A DNA stretch of 64,000 bases from Candidatus Doudnabacteria bacterium RIFCSPHIGHO2_01_FULL_46_24. GTDB taxonomy: Bacteria > Patescibacteriota > Doudnabacteria > UBA920 > O2-02-FULL-48-8. Below are positions 1 to 9,641 of the stretch, in pieces (position 1 is the stretch's first letter; each line of letters starts with the position of its first letter). Under the pieces are notes generated by a model. It did no database searches. It worked only from the letters and a program-made list of their open reading frames with translations, and was not told the origin of the DNA. The translations under genes were made by a program, and so were the position numbers. The stretch spans positions 84,661 to 148,660 of the forward strand of contig MFEL01000010.1 of NCBI GenBank assembly GCA_001777575.1, given 5' to 3'.

Positions 1-165
1 TTTGGCTTTTTCAAAAAACAAATCCAAAAATTTCTTGCCTATGCCGTCAACGTCGAAAATATACTGGTTGAGGTCAATCGAAACCCGTGCGTTTTGGCAA
101 TCCGAAAGCATAGCCTCCCACGCCTCCATAGGGTTGTTCAGAAATCGCCAACCGGTTTCATTCAT
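1..165 (-). CDS. N-terminal fragment of a phospholipase D/cardiolipin-synthase-like protein; the gene continues past the window edge
   Basis: Minus-strand translation from the ATG near 165 gives MNETGWRFLNNPMEAWEAMLSDCQNARVSIDLNQYIFDVDGIGKKFLDLFFEKAK, resembling the N-terminus of the PLD/cardiolipin synthase family. Partial, so absent from the ORF track. Confidence 0.35.
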   Translation of the reverse strand, partial: MNETGWRFLNNPMEAWEAMLSDCQNARVSIDLNQYIFDVDGIGKKFLDLFFEKAK

Positions 166-183
166 GAGTTTATGCACTTAAAA

Positions 184-663
184 CTATGTTTTTCCTTTTA
201 GTTTTACCGCCACTTTGCGGGGAGCTTTGTCAGCCGCTTGCCTCACCAATTCCGAGCTCGATTGAATCTTGCCGCCGTGGCCGACGTTGAAGATCATCTT
301 TATATCAAGCTTCCTGCAAACCTCTACTTCAGGCACATTGCTTTTGACCCGGTCTCCGCCATTGGCAAAAATGTCAGGTTTTAGTTCTCGCAATTCCTTA
401 ATCACGCTCATATCCTGCGGATCCGGGGGATGATTGGTGATGACCACGTGATCCACGTATTTGATGGATTTGATAATTTCCTTGCGCTCGCGCTCATTCA
501 TGAAAATATAGCCCTTTTTCTTGTATAGCCAGTTATCGTTGTTAAGGATAACCACCAGCTCGTCTCCCAATTTTTTGGCGTCGTGAAAATAGCGGACATG
601 CCCGGCGTGAATTGGGTCAAATCCGCCGGAAACCGCTACTACCGTCTTTTTTTGCTCAGTCAT
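184..663 (-). CDS. Cytidylyltransferase-like nucleotidyltransferase (HIGH-motif family)
   Basis: The N-terminal VVAVSGGFDPIHAGHVRYF motif is the HxGH signature of the cytidylyltransferase/adenylyltransferase family (RfaE domain II / TagD-like). Confidence 0.6.
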   Translation of the reverse strand: MTEQKKTVVAVSGGFDPIHAGHVRYFHDAKKLGDELVVILNNDNWLYKKKGYIFMNERERKEIIKSIKYVDHVVITNHPPDPQDMSVIKELRELKPDIFANGGDRVKSNVPEVEVCRKLDIKMIFNVGHGGKIQSSSELVRQAADKAPRKVAVKLKGKT

Positions 664-1114
664 CTCGGTCAGTTTGTGAATAATAATTATTTTTTTCTAT
701 ATTGGCAATGGCCTCTCTGCTGTCGCGGGTTATATCGTCTGGTAAATCATTAATGTCGAACCACTTCAGTTCCGAACAAAGTTCAGGCTCTTTCAATGCA
801 ATTTCGCCACTCCACTTGCTAATAACGAAATACAAATGCAGGCGCGTGTGATCGGGGCTCAAGATACTGCGGACATGCTTCAGTTCGGTCGAATCCAAAG
901 CTATCTTTACCCCCAGTTCCTCTTCCGCCTCCCGCCTAAGTGTCTTAAGCGCCAGCTCATTGGGTTCCGCATGTCCCCCAAATAAATGGAACTTGCCGTC
1001 AGCCCAGCCCGTGTTCTGACGCCTGCCCAGCAAAATCTTGTCCCCCTCGCGCAACACAAGGTGAACAGCCAATACAACCTTAAATCTGTCGCCCGGACTT
1101 ATCATGTTCTTCAT
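656..1114 (-). CDS. NUDIX hydrolase
   Basis: Nudix box GGHAEPNELALKTLRREAEEELGV (GX5EX7REUXEEXGU). Confidence 0.7.
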   Translation of the reverse strand: MKNMISPGDRFKVVLAVHLVLREGDKILLGRRQNTGWADGKFHLFGGHAEPNELALKTLRREAEEELGVKIALDSTELKHVRSILSPDHTRLHLYFVISKWSGEIALKEPELCSELKWFDINDLPDDITRDSREAIANIEKNNYYSQTDRDD

Positions 1115-1162
1115 GTTCTTGTCGTCATCGCCTTTATTACTCCTAATATATCCTATCTCGAG

Positions 1163-1729
1163 CTATTTGACCTTTTCGATCAATTCGCGTACCAAGTCTT
1201 TTGGCAAACCGGCGATGCTGTCAATTGTGCCTTCAATCTTTTTTACATATGGCTGAAAAATCTCCGTTTCGGCCGCAAAACTCCCCGCGTGCTCAAGCGC
1301 TTCTGGGGTATCGACAAAGTTCTTAAATAAATTCTCATCAAACGGCTTAAACCAGACAGTTGCGATGTCAACGCCGGAAACTCTTCTGCCCGTAGCCGTA
1401 TTGGTTATCACCACGGCGCAGACCGTCTTTGCCGGCCTATCTCCAAAATCTTGAAGCACTTCCCTGGCCTCCTGCTTCGTTGCCGGCTTCTCCAGAACTT
1501 TGCCCTCAAACACCACAATCAAATCAGCGGTAACAAGCAGCGTATCATGGTCAAGTTTTGGAATCAAGGCGTCAGCTTTGGCATTGGCTATATCAAGGAC
1601 CATTTGATTTGGGTTTTCGTGCCTGATCGCCTTCTCGTCAATATCTGCCGTCATCACCTCAAACTTATACCCCATCTCCAGCAAAATCTGCCGCCTCCTT
1701 TTTGATGCTGATCCCAAGACTATTTTCAT
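1163..1729 (-). CDS. maf: Maf-like nucleoside triphosphate pyrophosphatase
   Basis: MKIVLGSASKRRRQIL N-terminus and overall Maf/YhdE family similarity. Confidence 0.8.
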   Translation of the reverse strand: MKIVLGSASKRRRQILLEMGYKFEVMTADIDEKAIRHENPNQMVLDIANAKADALIPKLDHDTLLVTADLIVVFEGKVLEKPATKQEAREVLQDFGDRPAKTVCAVVITNTATGRRVSGVDIATVWFKPFDENLFKNFVDTPEALEHAGSFAAETEIFQPYVKKIEGTIDSIAGLPKDLVRELIEKVK

Positions 1730-1759
1730 GTTAAATAATAATTTACAATCTTTAACTTC

Positions 1760-1790
1760 AATACTACATTACGATATAGTATTGTAGTAA
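1760..1790. promoter_or_regulatory. Imperfect palindromic box (TACTAC-ATTACGATATAGTATT-GTAGTA) downstream of TrpR-like paralog 1; a second copy lies upstream
   Basis: ACATTACGATATAGTATTGTAGTA occurs at 1762-1788 and again at 2259-2282, flanking the gene on both sides. Confidence 0.5.
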
Positions 1791-1796
1791 CCAGTG

Positions 1797-2246
1797 CTAG
1801 CTTCGAGCTGAGCGGCGCTTTCTGCCCTTTTTATAAACCTTGGTTAATTCCTTTGCTGTCCCAACCCAAAATTGCTGCGCCTGTCTTACCTGTCCCGTAA
1901 CCAATCGCCGTTTGAGCTCGCCGGGTTTATGATTAATCTTCCACAAGCGGTCAATTACCAATTTGTAGCCTTCGCCAAAGGATTGATATTGTTCGCTTAA
2001 CTTGGCTATTGTCACCTCGCTCATGTTTAGCTGTTTGCGAATATCAAAGTATCTATATCCTTCGTCGAGCATTCTAATTGCCTCCAAGCGCTTGGAGAGC
2101 ATTTTGATTTCGGTTCTGGTCAAAATGTTTCGGAGGAATTTCCTTACTTCGTCCTTCGTTTCAAGCAAAGTAACCGCCTGCCACAGCTGATTGAGCATCT
2201 GTTCATCACGCTCCAAGGGAAGTTTTTTTCTGGAAATTTTAGTCAT
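1797..2246 (-). CDS. TrpR-like DNA-binding protein (YerC/YecD family), paralog 1
   Basis: The track ORF 1797..2435 has an implausible hydrophobic N-terminal extension. The internal Met (MTKISRKKLPLERDE...) gives about 150 aa with the TrpR/YerC-like core (LSKRLEAIRMLDEGYRYFDIRKQLNMSEVTIAKLS). The other two paralogs also start MTKISRR/MAKFS. Confidence 0.6.
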   Translation of the reverse strand: MTKISRKKLPLERDEQMLNQLWQAVTLLETKDEVRKFLRNILTRTEIKMLSKRLEAIRMLDEGYRYFDIRKQLNMSEVTIAKLSEQYQSFGEGYKLVIDRLWKINHKPGELKRRLVTGQVRQAQQFWVGTAKELTKVYKKGRKRRSARS

Positions 2247-2255
2247 AATTCTTAA

Positions 2256-2282
2256 CCACATTACGATATAGTATTGTAGTAT
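2256..2282. promoter_or_regulatory. Upstream copy of the same box; likely operator in the TrpR-like paralog 1 promoter region
   Basis: Identical 24-nt sequence to 1762-1788, located 10-35 nt upstream of the start codon. Confidence 0.5.
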
Positions 2283-2705
2283 TAGTATAACATATCTTAG
2301 TTTAGCAAGATAAGAGCCGGCATAAATTAATAAAAATTCATCTTGACCAGGCGTTTTGCTTAAACTACCAAAAAGATATAAAATCAAGTCAATACCGGCG
2401 GTACAATTATCTGTGAAGTCACCGGATGATTGCAAGACCCGCCGCCTAGTATTCTAAAAGCACGGAGGAAGCGATTCTAGAACCGCCGCCCTTACCCGAA
2501 TAGGCACGCTCGTGCCGCAAAAATTCGGGCCAAGCGTGCTAGCCGCCTCTACTGACGTTCGTCAGCAAGCGGCTTTCTCTATCCCAATTTCACCATATTT
2601 TACCATTAATTTTTGATGTTCAACCTATCGCTTGAGATAATCGTTCCGCCAAGGCTTTACAAAGCTCAACAAGTCTGTTAAGATTTTTGCTCAAGGAGGA
2701 GTGCT

Positions 2706-2957
2706 TTGGCCTATTCTCATAATAAGAATTGGCGGCTTCGTAACCCTGACAAGCGATACAGCGGAAAAATGAGGTACTACAGGAAACACCGTGACGATCC
2801 TAGTAAGAAAAGAAACTCCGGGCAAAAGTGGGCCATCAACGACATCTACCTGATTACGGCCCCTGATCGACCTTGTGATGTCCAACTGGCTAATCAGCTA
2901 GGTAGATCATTAGAAGCTATACAGGTCATGAGAGCGAAACTTAAAAAACCTATTTGA
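2706..2957 (+). CDS. Small basic protein, possible HTH; TTG start
   Basis: AAGGAGG at 2694-2700 followed by TTG at 2706. C-terminal LITAPDRPCDVQLANQLGRSLEAIQVMRAKLKK looks HTH-like. It is the only plus-strand gene in this neighbourhood. Confidence 0.35.
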   Translation: MAYSHNKNWRLRNPDKRYSGKMRYYRKHRDDPSKKRNSGQKWAINDIYLITAPDRPCDVQLANQLGRSLEAIQVMRAKLKKPI

Positions 2958-2992
2958 ACGGTCAGCCTCAAGGCTAGACCTTTTTTTTTAAG
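2958..2992 (+). terminator. Rho-independent terminator (hairpin GGTCAGCCT..AGGCTAGACC followed by T9)
   Basis: Seen directly: stem-loop followed by tttttttttt immediately after the small plus-strand ORF, abutting the secA stop. Confidence 0.6.
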
Positions 2993-5561
2993 CCAATTTA
3001 GCCATATTTTGCTGGTGTTCCAGCGTGTTCACCAGCCCGCACTTCTTATATTTCTTTCCGCTGCCACAGGGACACGGGTCATTCCTTCCAATATTTTGAT
3101 CTTTGATATTTGAATTTTGATTTTGCGACGGAGTCGCCACCACATCCACCTTAAAAATCGTATAAACCACTTGCTTATCCACTTGCTTAAGCAACTGCTC
3201 AAAAAGCTTAAAGCCTTCATTTTTGAACTCAATCAGGGGATCCCGCTGTCCCCAGCCGCGGAGTCTGACCGAGTCGCGCAGATGCTCCATAGTGTCCAGA
3301 TGTTCTTGCCACAGCGTGTCTATGGAGCGAAGATAAACAAGTCTCTCGAGCTGATGAATTAAATCGTGCCCGAGCTTATCATGTTTGGCCTTATATTCCC
3401 GTTCCGCGATGCTGACCAAATGCGCAGTCAGCTGGTCTGGATTTTTCTCATCCGTCACATCCTCAGGCTTGAGCGGCATAATACTTGCGGCAACTTGATA
3501 TATTTCTTTAATGTCCTGCTTGTCCTCCGAAGCTTTAGCGAAGGAGGAACTAAAGTGAAAATCCACGATCTCCGCGATTTCTTTCTCGATTAAATCCAAG
3601 ATTTTCTGGGACAAATCTTCCTTAGCCTCCAAAAACTCCCTGCGCCTGGCATAGACCACGGTCCGGTGCTTGTTCATGACGTCGTCATACTCCAAAACGT
3701 GCTTGCGCATGTCAAAATTTAAGCCCTCAATCTTGCGCTGGGCGGATTCAATGGATTTGGAAACCAAGCCGTGCTCAATCGGCTGATCCGGAGGAATGCC
3801 AAGCGTATCCATAAGCTTGCCCACCCGTTCGCCGCCGAATAATCTCATCAAATCGTCTTCCAATGAAAGAAAAAACTGCGACTCGCCCGGATCGCCCTGG
3901 CGACCGGACCGGCCGCGGAGCTGGTTGTCGATGCGGCGGCTCTCATGCCGCTCCGTGCCGATGACCGCCAAACCGCCAAGCTCTCTCACTCCCTGGCCCA
4001 AAACAATGTCCACACCCCGGCCGGCGATATTGGTGGCCAGCGTCACCTTGCCCATCTGTCCGGCTGATGCGATGATGTGCGCTTCTTTCTCATGGTTCTT
4101 GGCGTTCAGAAGCTCATGCGGGACACCGGACTGTTCCAAAAGCCGGGAGAGCATCTCGTTCTTTTCAATCGAAATGGTGCCGATCAAAACCGGCTGGCCG
4201 GCTAAATGCTTTTGCTTGACCAGCTGGACCGCGGCCTGAAACTTTCCTCCCACTGTTTTATAAACCTGGTCGGCTAAATCTTTCCTGATCATCGGCTGGT
4301 GAGTCGGGATAACCACGACTTCCAGATTATAAATTTTATGAAATTCCTCAGCTTCGGTTTCAGCCGTGCCAGTCATGCCGGCCAATTTTTTGTACAAACG
4401 AAAAAGGTTCTGGAAAGTGATGGTGGCCAAAGTTTTGCTTTCCTGCTGGATTTTGACGCCTTCCTTGGCTTCAATAGCCTGGTGCAGACCTTCCGAATAG
4501 CGACGGCCGTACATGAGCCTGCCGGTAAATTCATCCACGATCACGATCTCTCCGCTTTTGACTACGTAATTTACGTCTTTTTTGAACAAAGTAAGCGCTC
4601 GCAAGGCGGCATCGGCCTGATGGCGAAGCTTGGGGTCAGTATAAATTTCCTGGCCGAATTTGCGCTCCAGCTTCTCGTTGCCCATGTCTGAATACGCGCT
4701 CTGGCGGTGCTTCTCATCCAAAATGTAATCTTCTTCGGTCAAGCTGGCGGCAAGTTTGGCAAATTCATAATATCGGTCAGTCGGCTCCGTGTCCGGCGCG
4801 GAAATAATCAGCGGCGTGCGCGCCTCGTCAATCAAGATCGAATCGACTTCGTCCACGATGGCGTAATGCAATTCTTTCTGAACCATTTGCTCCTTCTGCC
4901 AAACCATATTGTCGCGCAAATAATCAAAACCAAACTCGTTGTTCGTGCCATAAGTGATGTCTGCCGCGTAAGCCTGCCTGCGGCTGATAGGACGCATATG
5001 CTTAACATCCAAAACCAAGCCTTGGACTTGCGCTTCTACTTGTTTAACTTCTTCCGCTTCCGGCTCATAGGTTGAGTCATACAAAAAAGCCTGCTCGTGC
5101 TGAATGGAAGACACGGACAAACCAAGGTAATGATAAATCTGCCCCATCCACGAAGCTTGCCAGCGCGCCAAATAATCGTTCACGGTAATGAGATGAACTC
5201 CACGGCCGGTCAGAGCATTAAGATACAAAGGCAGTGTCGCAACCAAGGTCTTGCCTTCTCCGGTCTTCATTTCCGCAATCACTCCCTGGTGCAGCACAGT
5301 GCCGCCAATCAACTGGACATCATAGTGCCGCTGGCCGATCGTGCGCTTGGCCGCTTCTCTGACCGCGGCAAACGCTTGGGGGAGAATCTCGTCCAAATCC
5401 AAATCCGACTCTGACTTCCACTCCGCGGTCAGCGCCTTAAGCTCGTCCTGCGATTTTTTCTCAAACTCGGGTTCGAGTGAGTTGATTCTCTCAACCAGCT
5501 TACGATGCTTGCTTACAACCGCCTCATTCGACCCGCCAAAAATTTTGCCAAAGATAGACAT
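2988..5561 (-). CDS. secA: Preprotein translocase ATPase SecA
   Basis: 857 aa with DEAD-like motor motifs and the C-terminal zinc-binding CPCGSGKKYKKC. Confidence 0.95.
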   Translation of the reverse strand: MSIFGKIFGGSNEAVVSKHRKLVERINSLEPEFEKKSQDELKALTAEWKSESDLDLDEILPQAFAAVREAAKRTIGQRHYDVQLIGGTVLHQGVIAEMKTGEGKTLVATLPLYLNALTGRGVHLITVNDYLARWQASWMGQIYHYLGLSVSSIQHEQAFLYDSTYEPEAEEVKQVEAQVQGLVLDVKHMRPISRRQAYAADITYGTNNEFGFDYLRDNMVWQKEQMVQKELHYAIVDEVDSILIDEARTPLIISAPDTEPTDRYYEFAKLAASLTEEDYILDEKHRQSAYSDMGNEKLERKFGQEIYTDPKLRHQADAALRALTLFKKDVNYVVKSGEIVIVDEFTGRLMYGRRYSEGLHQAIEAKEGVKIQQESKTLATITFQNLFRLYKKLAGMTGTAETEAEEFHKIYNLEVVVIPTHQPMIRKDLADQVYKTVGGKFQAAVQLVKQKHLAGQPVLIGTISIEKNEMLSRLLEQSGVPHELLNAKNHEKEAHIIASAGQMGKVTLATNIAGRGVDIVLGQGVRELGGLAVIGTERHESRRIDNQLRGRSGRQGDPGESQFFLSLEDDLMRLFGGERVGKLMDTLGIPPDQPIEHGLVSKSIESAQRKIEGLNFDMRKHVLEYDDVMNKHRTVVYARRREFLEAKEDLSQKILDLIEKEIAEIVDFHFSSSFAKASEDKQDIKEIYQVAASIMPLKPEDVTDEKNPDQLTAHLVSIAEREYKAKHDKLGHDLIHQLERLVYLRSIDTLWQEHLDTMEHLRDSVRLRGWGQRDPLIEFKNEGFKLFEQLLKQVDKQVVYTIFKVDVVATPSQNQNSNIKDQNIGRNDPCPCGSGKKYKKCGLVNTLEHQQNMAKLA

Positions 5562-5652
5562 AAAAGCTTAGTAATTATATCGTTTTTAAGCCAAAAAGAA
5601 AAGGTAAAAAAAAGACGAGAATATCTCGCCTCGAACCATACAGTACTCGCTG

Positions 5653-6300
5653 CTACCACCGCATCGAAAGTCCTCGGTCAATCCGTGCCAGCAGTTGTTC
5701 TCGTTGCGGAAAAGCAGGCATCTTGGCCAAGAATTCCTTCGCCGCCTCAGTCCGACGCTGTGGAACCGAATCAATCACCATTTTCCTTAAATCCCCAACC
5801 ACGCCTGGTATGCGCTTCTCCCACCAATCCAGACTGTGCTGACCGCCCGTGAGTTCGTAACTGAAGAAATAGAACGCCGCCTCTGGATCAAGACGGATTG
5901 CCTGCCGAAACACGCCATGAGCCCAATACTCGCCCTGATAGTGGTCATACATGACCAGGGCCCAATATGGATCAGGGTGCATCGCCTCCAGCAACCTGTT
6001 CTCGACCCACGGCTGGTCCAGGAACGGCGCCACACATCGGAAAGCCTCACGAGGATTTTCGAAGATCTTTTCAGATACAGGCTGGCTGCCTTCGGCGCAG
6101 TTGTCGGGCATCAGCTTGAGCGCCTCGACGCGCGATTCTTCGAGCTTGCGCTGCGCGTTTCGGCTTGTCCTGAGCGCGAGAAAAGCAAAAACTACCAGTA
6201 GTGCCATGGCCAGGACCGTCACAATTCTCGCTCCCCGATCCATTGCCTGATGAACTGTCATACACACTCCTTGAGGTTGTCCAAGCCTAAACTCTAGCAA
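5653..6300 (-). CDS. Hypothetical membrane-anchored protein in a GC-rich island
   Basis: ORF with an N-terminal hydrophobic segment (IVTVLAMALLVVFAFLAL). No recognisable family. Local GC is clearly higher than in the flanking genes. Confidence 0.3.
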   Translation of the reverse strand: MLEFRLGQPQGVCMTVHQAMDRGARIVTVLAMALLVVFAFLALRTSRNAQRKLEESRVEALKLMPDNCAEGSQPVSEKIFENPREAFRCVAPFLDQPWVENRLLEAMHPDPYWALVMYDHYQGEYWAHGVFRQAIRLDPEAAFYFFSYELTGGQHSLDWWEKRIPGVVGDLRKMVIDSVPQRRTEAAKEFLAKMPAFPQREQLLARIDRGLSMRW

Positions 6301-6388
6301 ATCAACAGGAGCTGGTCAAGTCTGCGGTCTGCAGTTCGAAAAAAGCCGAGGCCACTCAAGGGGCGGCCCCGGCAGCACGGCGAGAGAA

Positions 6389-6898
6389 TCAGCGCTTCTT
6401 AGATCCGGTCGCCAGACTGCTCGAGTCCCAGTTGTCCGGGAACACATGAATGTCAAAAACCAGCCGGTACCCGAAGTGCGATACCTCAAGCGTACGCTCG
6501 ACAACCAGTGCCACAAACCGCATCGATCTGAATCCTCCCTGCGTCACGCCTCTGATGAGATCAAGCGCGGAATGGGGCTCCGAACCGTTCCACGACGTAT
6601 CGCCTGATCTCCAGAAGAAGCCCAGCAAGCCTTCGCACACGAGATGGAGACGCTCGTCGTATGCAAATTCCACTTTTCCAAGGCCATAGTGAGTATCCGA
6701 GTATGGAGCCGCCTTCTTCTCCAAATCAAACTTGACTTTGGAGAACCGACGAGCGGTTGCGTGATGGACCTCGGTTGACCACCACTTCTCAACGAACTCG
6801 ATCCTCTTCGCTTGAGATATCTTGGGTGTGGGCCCAAGCCTGCCGCTTAATCCTGCCTTAGTGATCTCATGCCCCCAGGACTGCCAAAGCAGATCCAC
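6389..6898 (-). CDS. Hypothetical protein in a GC-rich island (GTG start)
   Basis: ORF only. A good RBS+ATG lies at about 6936-6953 but in another frame, which hints at a frameshift or gene decay. Confidence 0.3.
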   Translation of the reverse strand: MDLLWQSWGHEITKAGLSGRLGPTPKISQAKRIEFVEKWWSTEVHHATARRFSKVKFDLEKKAAPYSDTHYGLGKVEFAYDERLHLVCEGLLGFFWRSGDTSWNGSEPHSALDLIRGVTQGGFRSMRFVALVVERTLEVSHFGYRLVFDIHVFPDNWDSSSLATGSKKR

Positions 6899-7690
6899 GA
6901 ACCAGGGGTACTTGACGTAGAGCGCGGTGCCTGTCGCGCCATTTCGGTCCTCCTTTGGGCCATTTAGGCGTTAGGGTTGTCTCGCTGCGGCCATCTGGGC
7001 GACAGCGGCTTTGGATAAGCTAATTATTATAGGCTGAAAATGATTCAAGAGTCAAAAAATAAGAAAAACATTCTACCTTTCTGCTCGTACGAGCAAAACA
7101 GTAGAATGTCATTACACTAAAAAATATCACCCAAGCCGAAACAGACGCAAAAACCTCAAGGGTTATTCCGTCTGTATTCGGTCAAGAGTTAGTCCACTGC
7201 CTCCGGCGGCAACATGCGCCTCAATACCGGCGGTACGCAGACGCAATTTGCGTCATGTGATAATTTACATATTTACGTTTACTATCACGTTACTAATCGT
7301 GGTAGTAAATGCACTATAAATATTTTTCGTATGTTCACGCTGTCGAAAAAAGAGATGAGGACGCCTCGTCGTGTTCAGATAGTGTAGGTCTGTTTCGGCT
7401 CCTGACGGTCCATGTAAATCCACCGGGAGCTTGCCCGTCGGTAGGTGAATCGGCTGTTGTCGAAGCCGTCGGCGATGCGAACCGCTCCATGAACTGGTCG
7501 TCACTGAGTTGTGCTCGATAGCATCGGCGCGGCGCCGGAGTGCCCTGGTCAATTCCAGCCTGGTTGGCGACGCATAATGTCTAAAAAATCTCATCCCGTC
7601 CCCGCGAGCTTGCTCGATTTTTTATATCCTTTTTCAACAACTTCGAACATGCCTCACGATATTATAAGTGAAAAGGGCTAACCTTAGCCA

Positions 7691-7730
7691 AAATAAACAC
7701 CTCAACCACGGTTGAGGTGTTTAGTGAATG
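7691..7730 (-). terminator. Rho-independent terminator of metK (AACACCTCAACC-gtgg-GTTGAGGTGTT then TTATTTTGG)
   Basis: Perfect 11-bp stem followed by a U-rich tract on the minus strand just after the metK stop. The same module recurs at 55243-55283. Confidence 0.7.
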
Positions 7731-7737
7731 GCCGCAT

Positions 7738-8709
7738 TCACTCGTCCCACTTAAAACCGTTGCCAAAATGGCCGTAGCGGGCTGTCTGTTCGTACTGAGG
7801 TTTGCGCAAGTCGAGAAAATCTATGATCCCCTTGGGCGTTAAGTCATAACCCTCAATGGGCATCTCTTTGCCGTCCACAATCACTGTGGCCTGCAAGGGC
7901 TCAGCCTTGCCGATGGCATAGGCCAAATACGCATAAACTTCCTTGGCATCGTGCTTGCGAAGGCAGTCCACGGCAATTTTCCTGGCCATGTAAGCGGCGC
8001 TCCTGTCGACCTTAGTCGGGTCTTTGCCGCTGAAGCATCCTCCGCCCACCGGGATTCTGGGTCCATAGTTGTCAATGATAATCTTGCGTCCGGTCAGTCC
8101 AGTGTCAGCATCAAAGCCGCCAATCTGCCAGTCCCCAGTCGGATTGCAATATATCCCGGTTTTCTCAAGACTTAACTGCCGGTTATTAGCCCATGCCTTC
8201 ACGTCAGCTGTCAGGATTTCTTTGCTGACGTTTTGAAAACTGGCTACAATTGCCGAAATCTGCCCGCTTTGGCTGTCCAAAGTAATCTGAGTTTTGCCGT
8301 CATTTGCACTGCCGTGTTTTTCGAAAATGCTCCTGTTTAATTCACGGGCCAGCATAACTTCCAGCGGCATCAGTTCCGGAGTTTCGCCGCAGGCGTAGCC
8401 GACCATAATACCCTGGTCTCCTGCACCGCCCGCGTCAACGCCGCGCGCGATCTGGGGCGATTGCTCGACGATGTTTACCTGCACTCCATATTTGTTCCCC
8501 AAAAGACGGTGGACAATTTCGCGGACATTGACGTAACCGGAAGTGGTGATCTCGCCCGTGACCGTGATGATGCCATGCCCGCCCATGGTTTCCACGGCCA
8601 CGCGCGAATGCGGGTCTTGCTCTAAGAGTTCATCCAAAACCGCGTCCGAGACTCGGTCGCAAATTTTGTCCGGGTGCAGGGGGGAAACTGATTCTGCGGT
8701 TCTGATCAT
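7738..8709 (-). CDS. metK: S-adenosylmethionine synthetase, compact 323-aa form
   Basis: ESVSPLHPDKICDRVSDAVLD and GGGCFSGKDPTKVDRSAAY motifs. Confidence 0.9.
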   Translation of the reverse strand: MIRTAESVSPLHPDKICDRVSDAVLDELLEQDPHSRVAVETMGGHGIITVTGEITTSGYVNVREIVHRLLGNKYGVQVNIVEQSPQIARGVDAGGAGDQGIMVGYACGETPELMPLEVMLARELNRSIFEKHGSANDGKTQITLDSQSGQISAIVASFQNVSKEILTADVKAWANNRQLSLEKTGIYCNPTGDWQIGGFDADTGLTGRKIIIDNYGPRIPVGGGCFSGKDPTKVDRSAAYMARKIAVDCLRKHDAKEVYAYLAYAIGKAEPLQATVIVDGKEMPIEGYDLTPKGIIDFLDLRKPQYEQTARYGHFGNGFKWDE

Positions 8710-9641
8710 GCCTTATTTTTCGCCGATAATTTTTGAGCGCAAAATTTATACAAGATCATTTTCATCAAAAGCTTGGCTGCCATGAAGTCCGGGCCTGGCA
8801 AGCCTTTGAATGGCGACAGCTCCACCAAATCCATGCCGACGATATTTTTTTTGGCGCAAACGGTTCTAATGATAGGCAAAATATCGTCCCACATTGGCCC
8901 CCCGGGCTCCGGAGTGCCGGTGGAAGGAATCATGGACATGTCAAAGCAATCAATGTCAAAACTGATGTAAACGTTCTCTCCAAGCGACGAGGCGATTTCT
9001 TCCGCCCGCCAACTCTTGCGGTCCTTGGCCAAAAAAACTTTCACTCGGTCAGGATTATTTTGCCAAAATTCGTATTCATTCTTGTTGAAATTTCTGATGC
9101 CGACCAGAGTCGCTTTTCTCAAATTGGGCAAATCCAAAGAATATTTCAGCCACGCCGCGTGGCTGAAATCACGGCCCGAAGAACGGTCATGCAAATCCAT
9201 GTGCGCGTCAAACACCAAGACCGAGACATCCTTAAATTTTTCGTTTATGGCCTGGGCAAAACCATAGCTGATGCCATGTTCCCCGCCGATCACGATTGGA
9301 AATTTGTTATCCGAATACAGCTGCAGAATAAGATTCTTAAGCAATGCGCAGGCCTCCATGGGATCAGCCGGCAAACGAGGCTGATCGCAAGTCCATATCT
9401 TGACTCGGTTGAAATAATCGTCCAACAGCTCATCGTCAAAACTTTCGACCTGATAAGACGCCTCGATCAAACCGCGAGGCCCGTTGGCCGCGCCATGACC
9501 AAAAGTCACTGTGCCTTCAAAGCCGAAAGGCACAATCATCGCTTCTGATGATTTGTAATCAGGCAAGACCGGAGGCAGCGGCGGCAATTCCGGGCCCAAA
9601 AACCCCATGGGCTTAAAGCCCTTAGTGAAATCAAAGTTCAT
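8706..9641 (-). CDS. speB: Agmatinase / ureohydrolase (arginase family)
   Basis: Metal-binding motifs GGEHGIS, FDAHMDL, SFDIDCFD and GMDLVE. Confidence 0.8.
   Translation of the reverse strand: MNFDFTKGFKPMGFLGPELPPLPPVLPDYKSSEAMIVPFGFEGTVTFGHGAANGPRGLIEASYQVESFDDELLDDYFNRVKIWTCDQPRLPADPMEACALLKNLILQLYSDNKFPIVIGGEHGISYGFAQAINEKFKDVSVLVFDAHMDLHDRSSGRDFSHAAWLKYSLDLPNLRKATLVGIRNFNKNEYEFWQNNPDRVKVFLAKDRKSWRAEEIASSLGENVYISFDIDCFDMSMIPSTGTPEPGGPMWDDILPIIRTVCAKKNIVGMDLVELSPFKGLPGPDFMAAKLLMKMILYKFCAQKLSAKNKA

Noticed and set aside
1797-2435. Full 212-aa version of the TrpR-like ORF (and the 149-aa version of paralog 2)
   Set aside because: The N-terminal extensions are hydrophobic or low-complexity and run through the upstream palindromic box; internal Met starts give proteins matching the other paralogs.
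7265-7594. 109-aa and 70-aa ORFs in the 6900-7737 tract
   Set aside because: Low-complexity, Arg/Ser-rich with no RBS context; the region is better explained as non-coding and palindrome-rich.
8733-9548. 271-aa ORF on the plus strand
   Set aside because: It is antisense to the agmatinase gene, which has unambiguous arginase-family metal-binding motifs; the plus ORF has no recognisable features, so it is treated as a shadow ORF.
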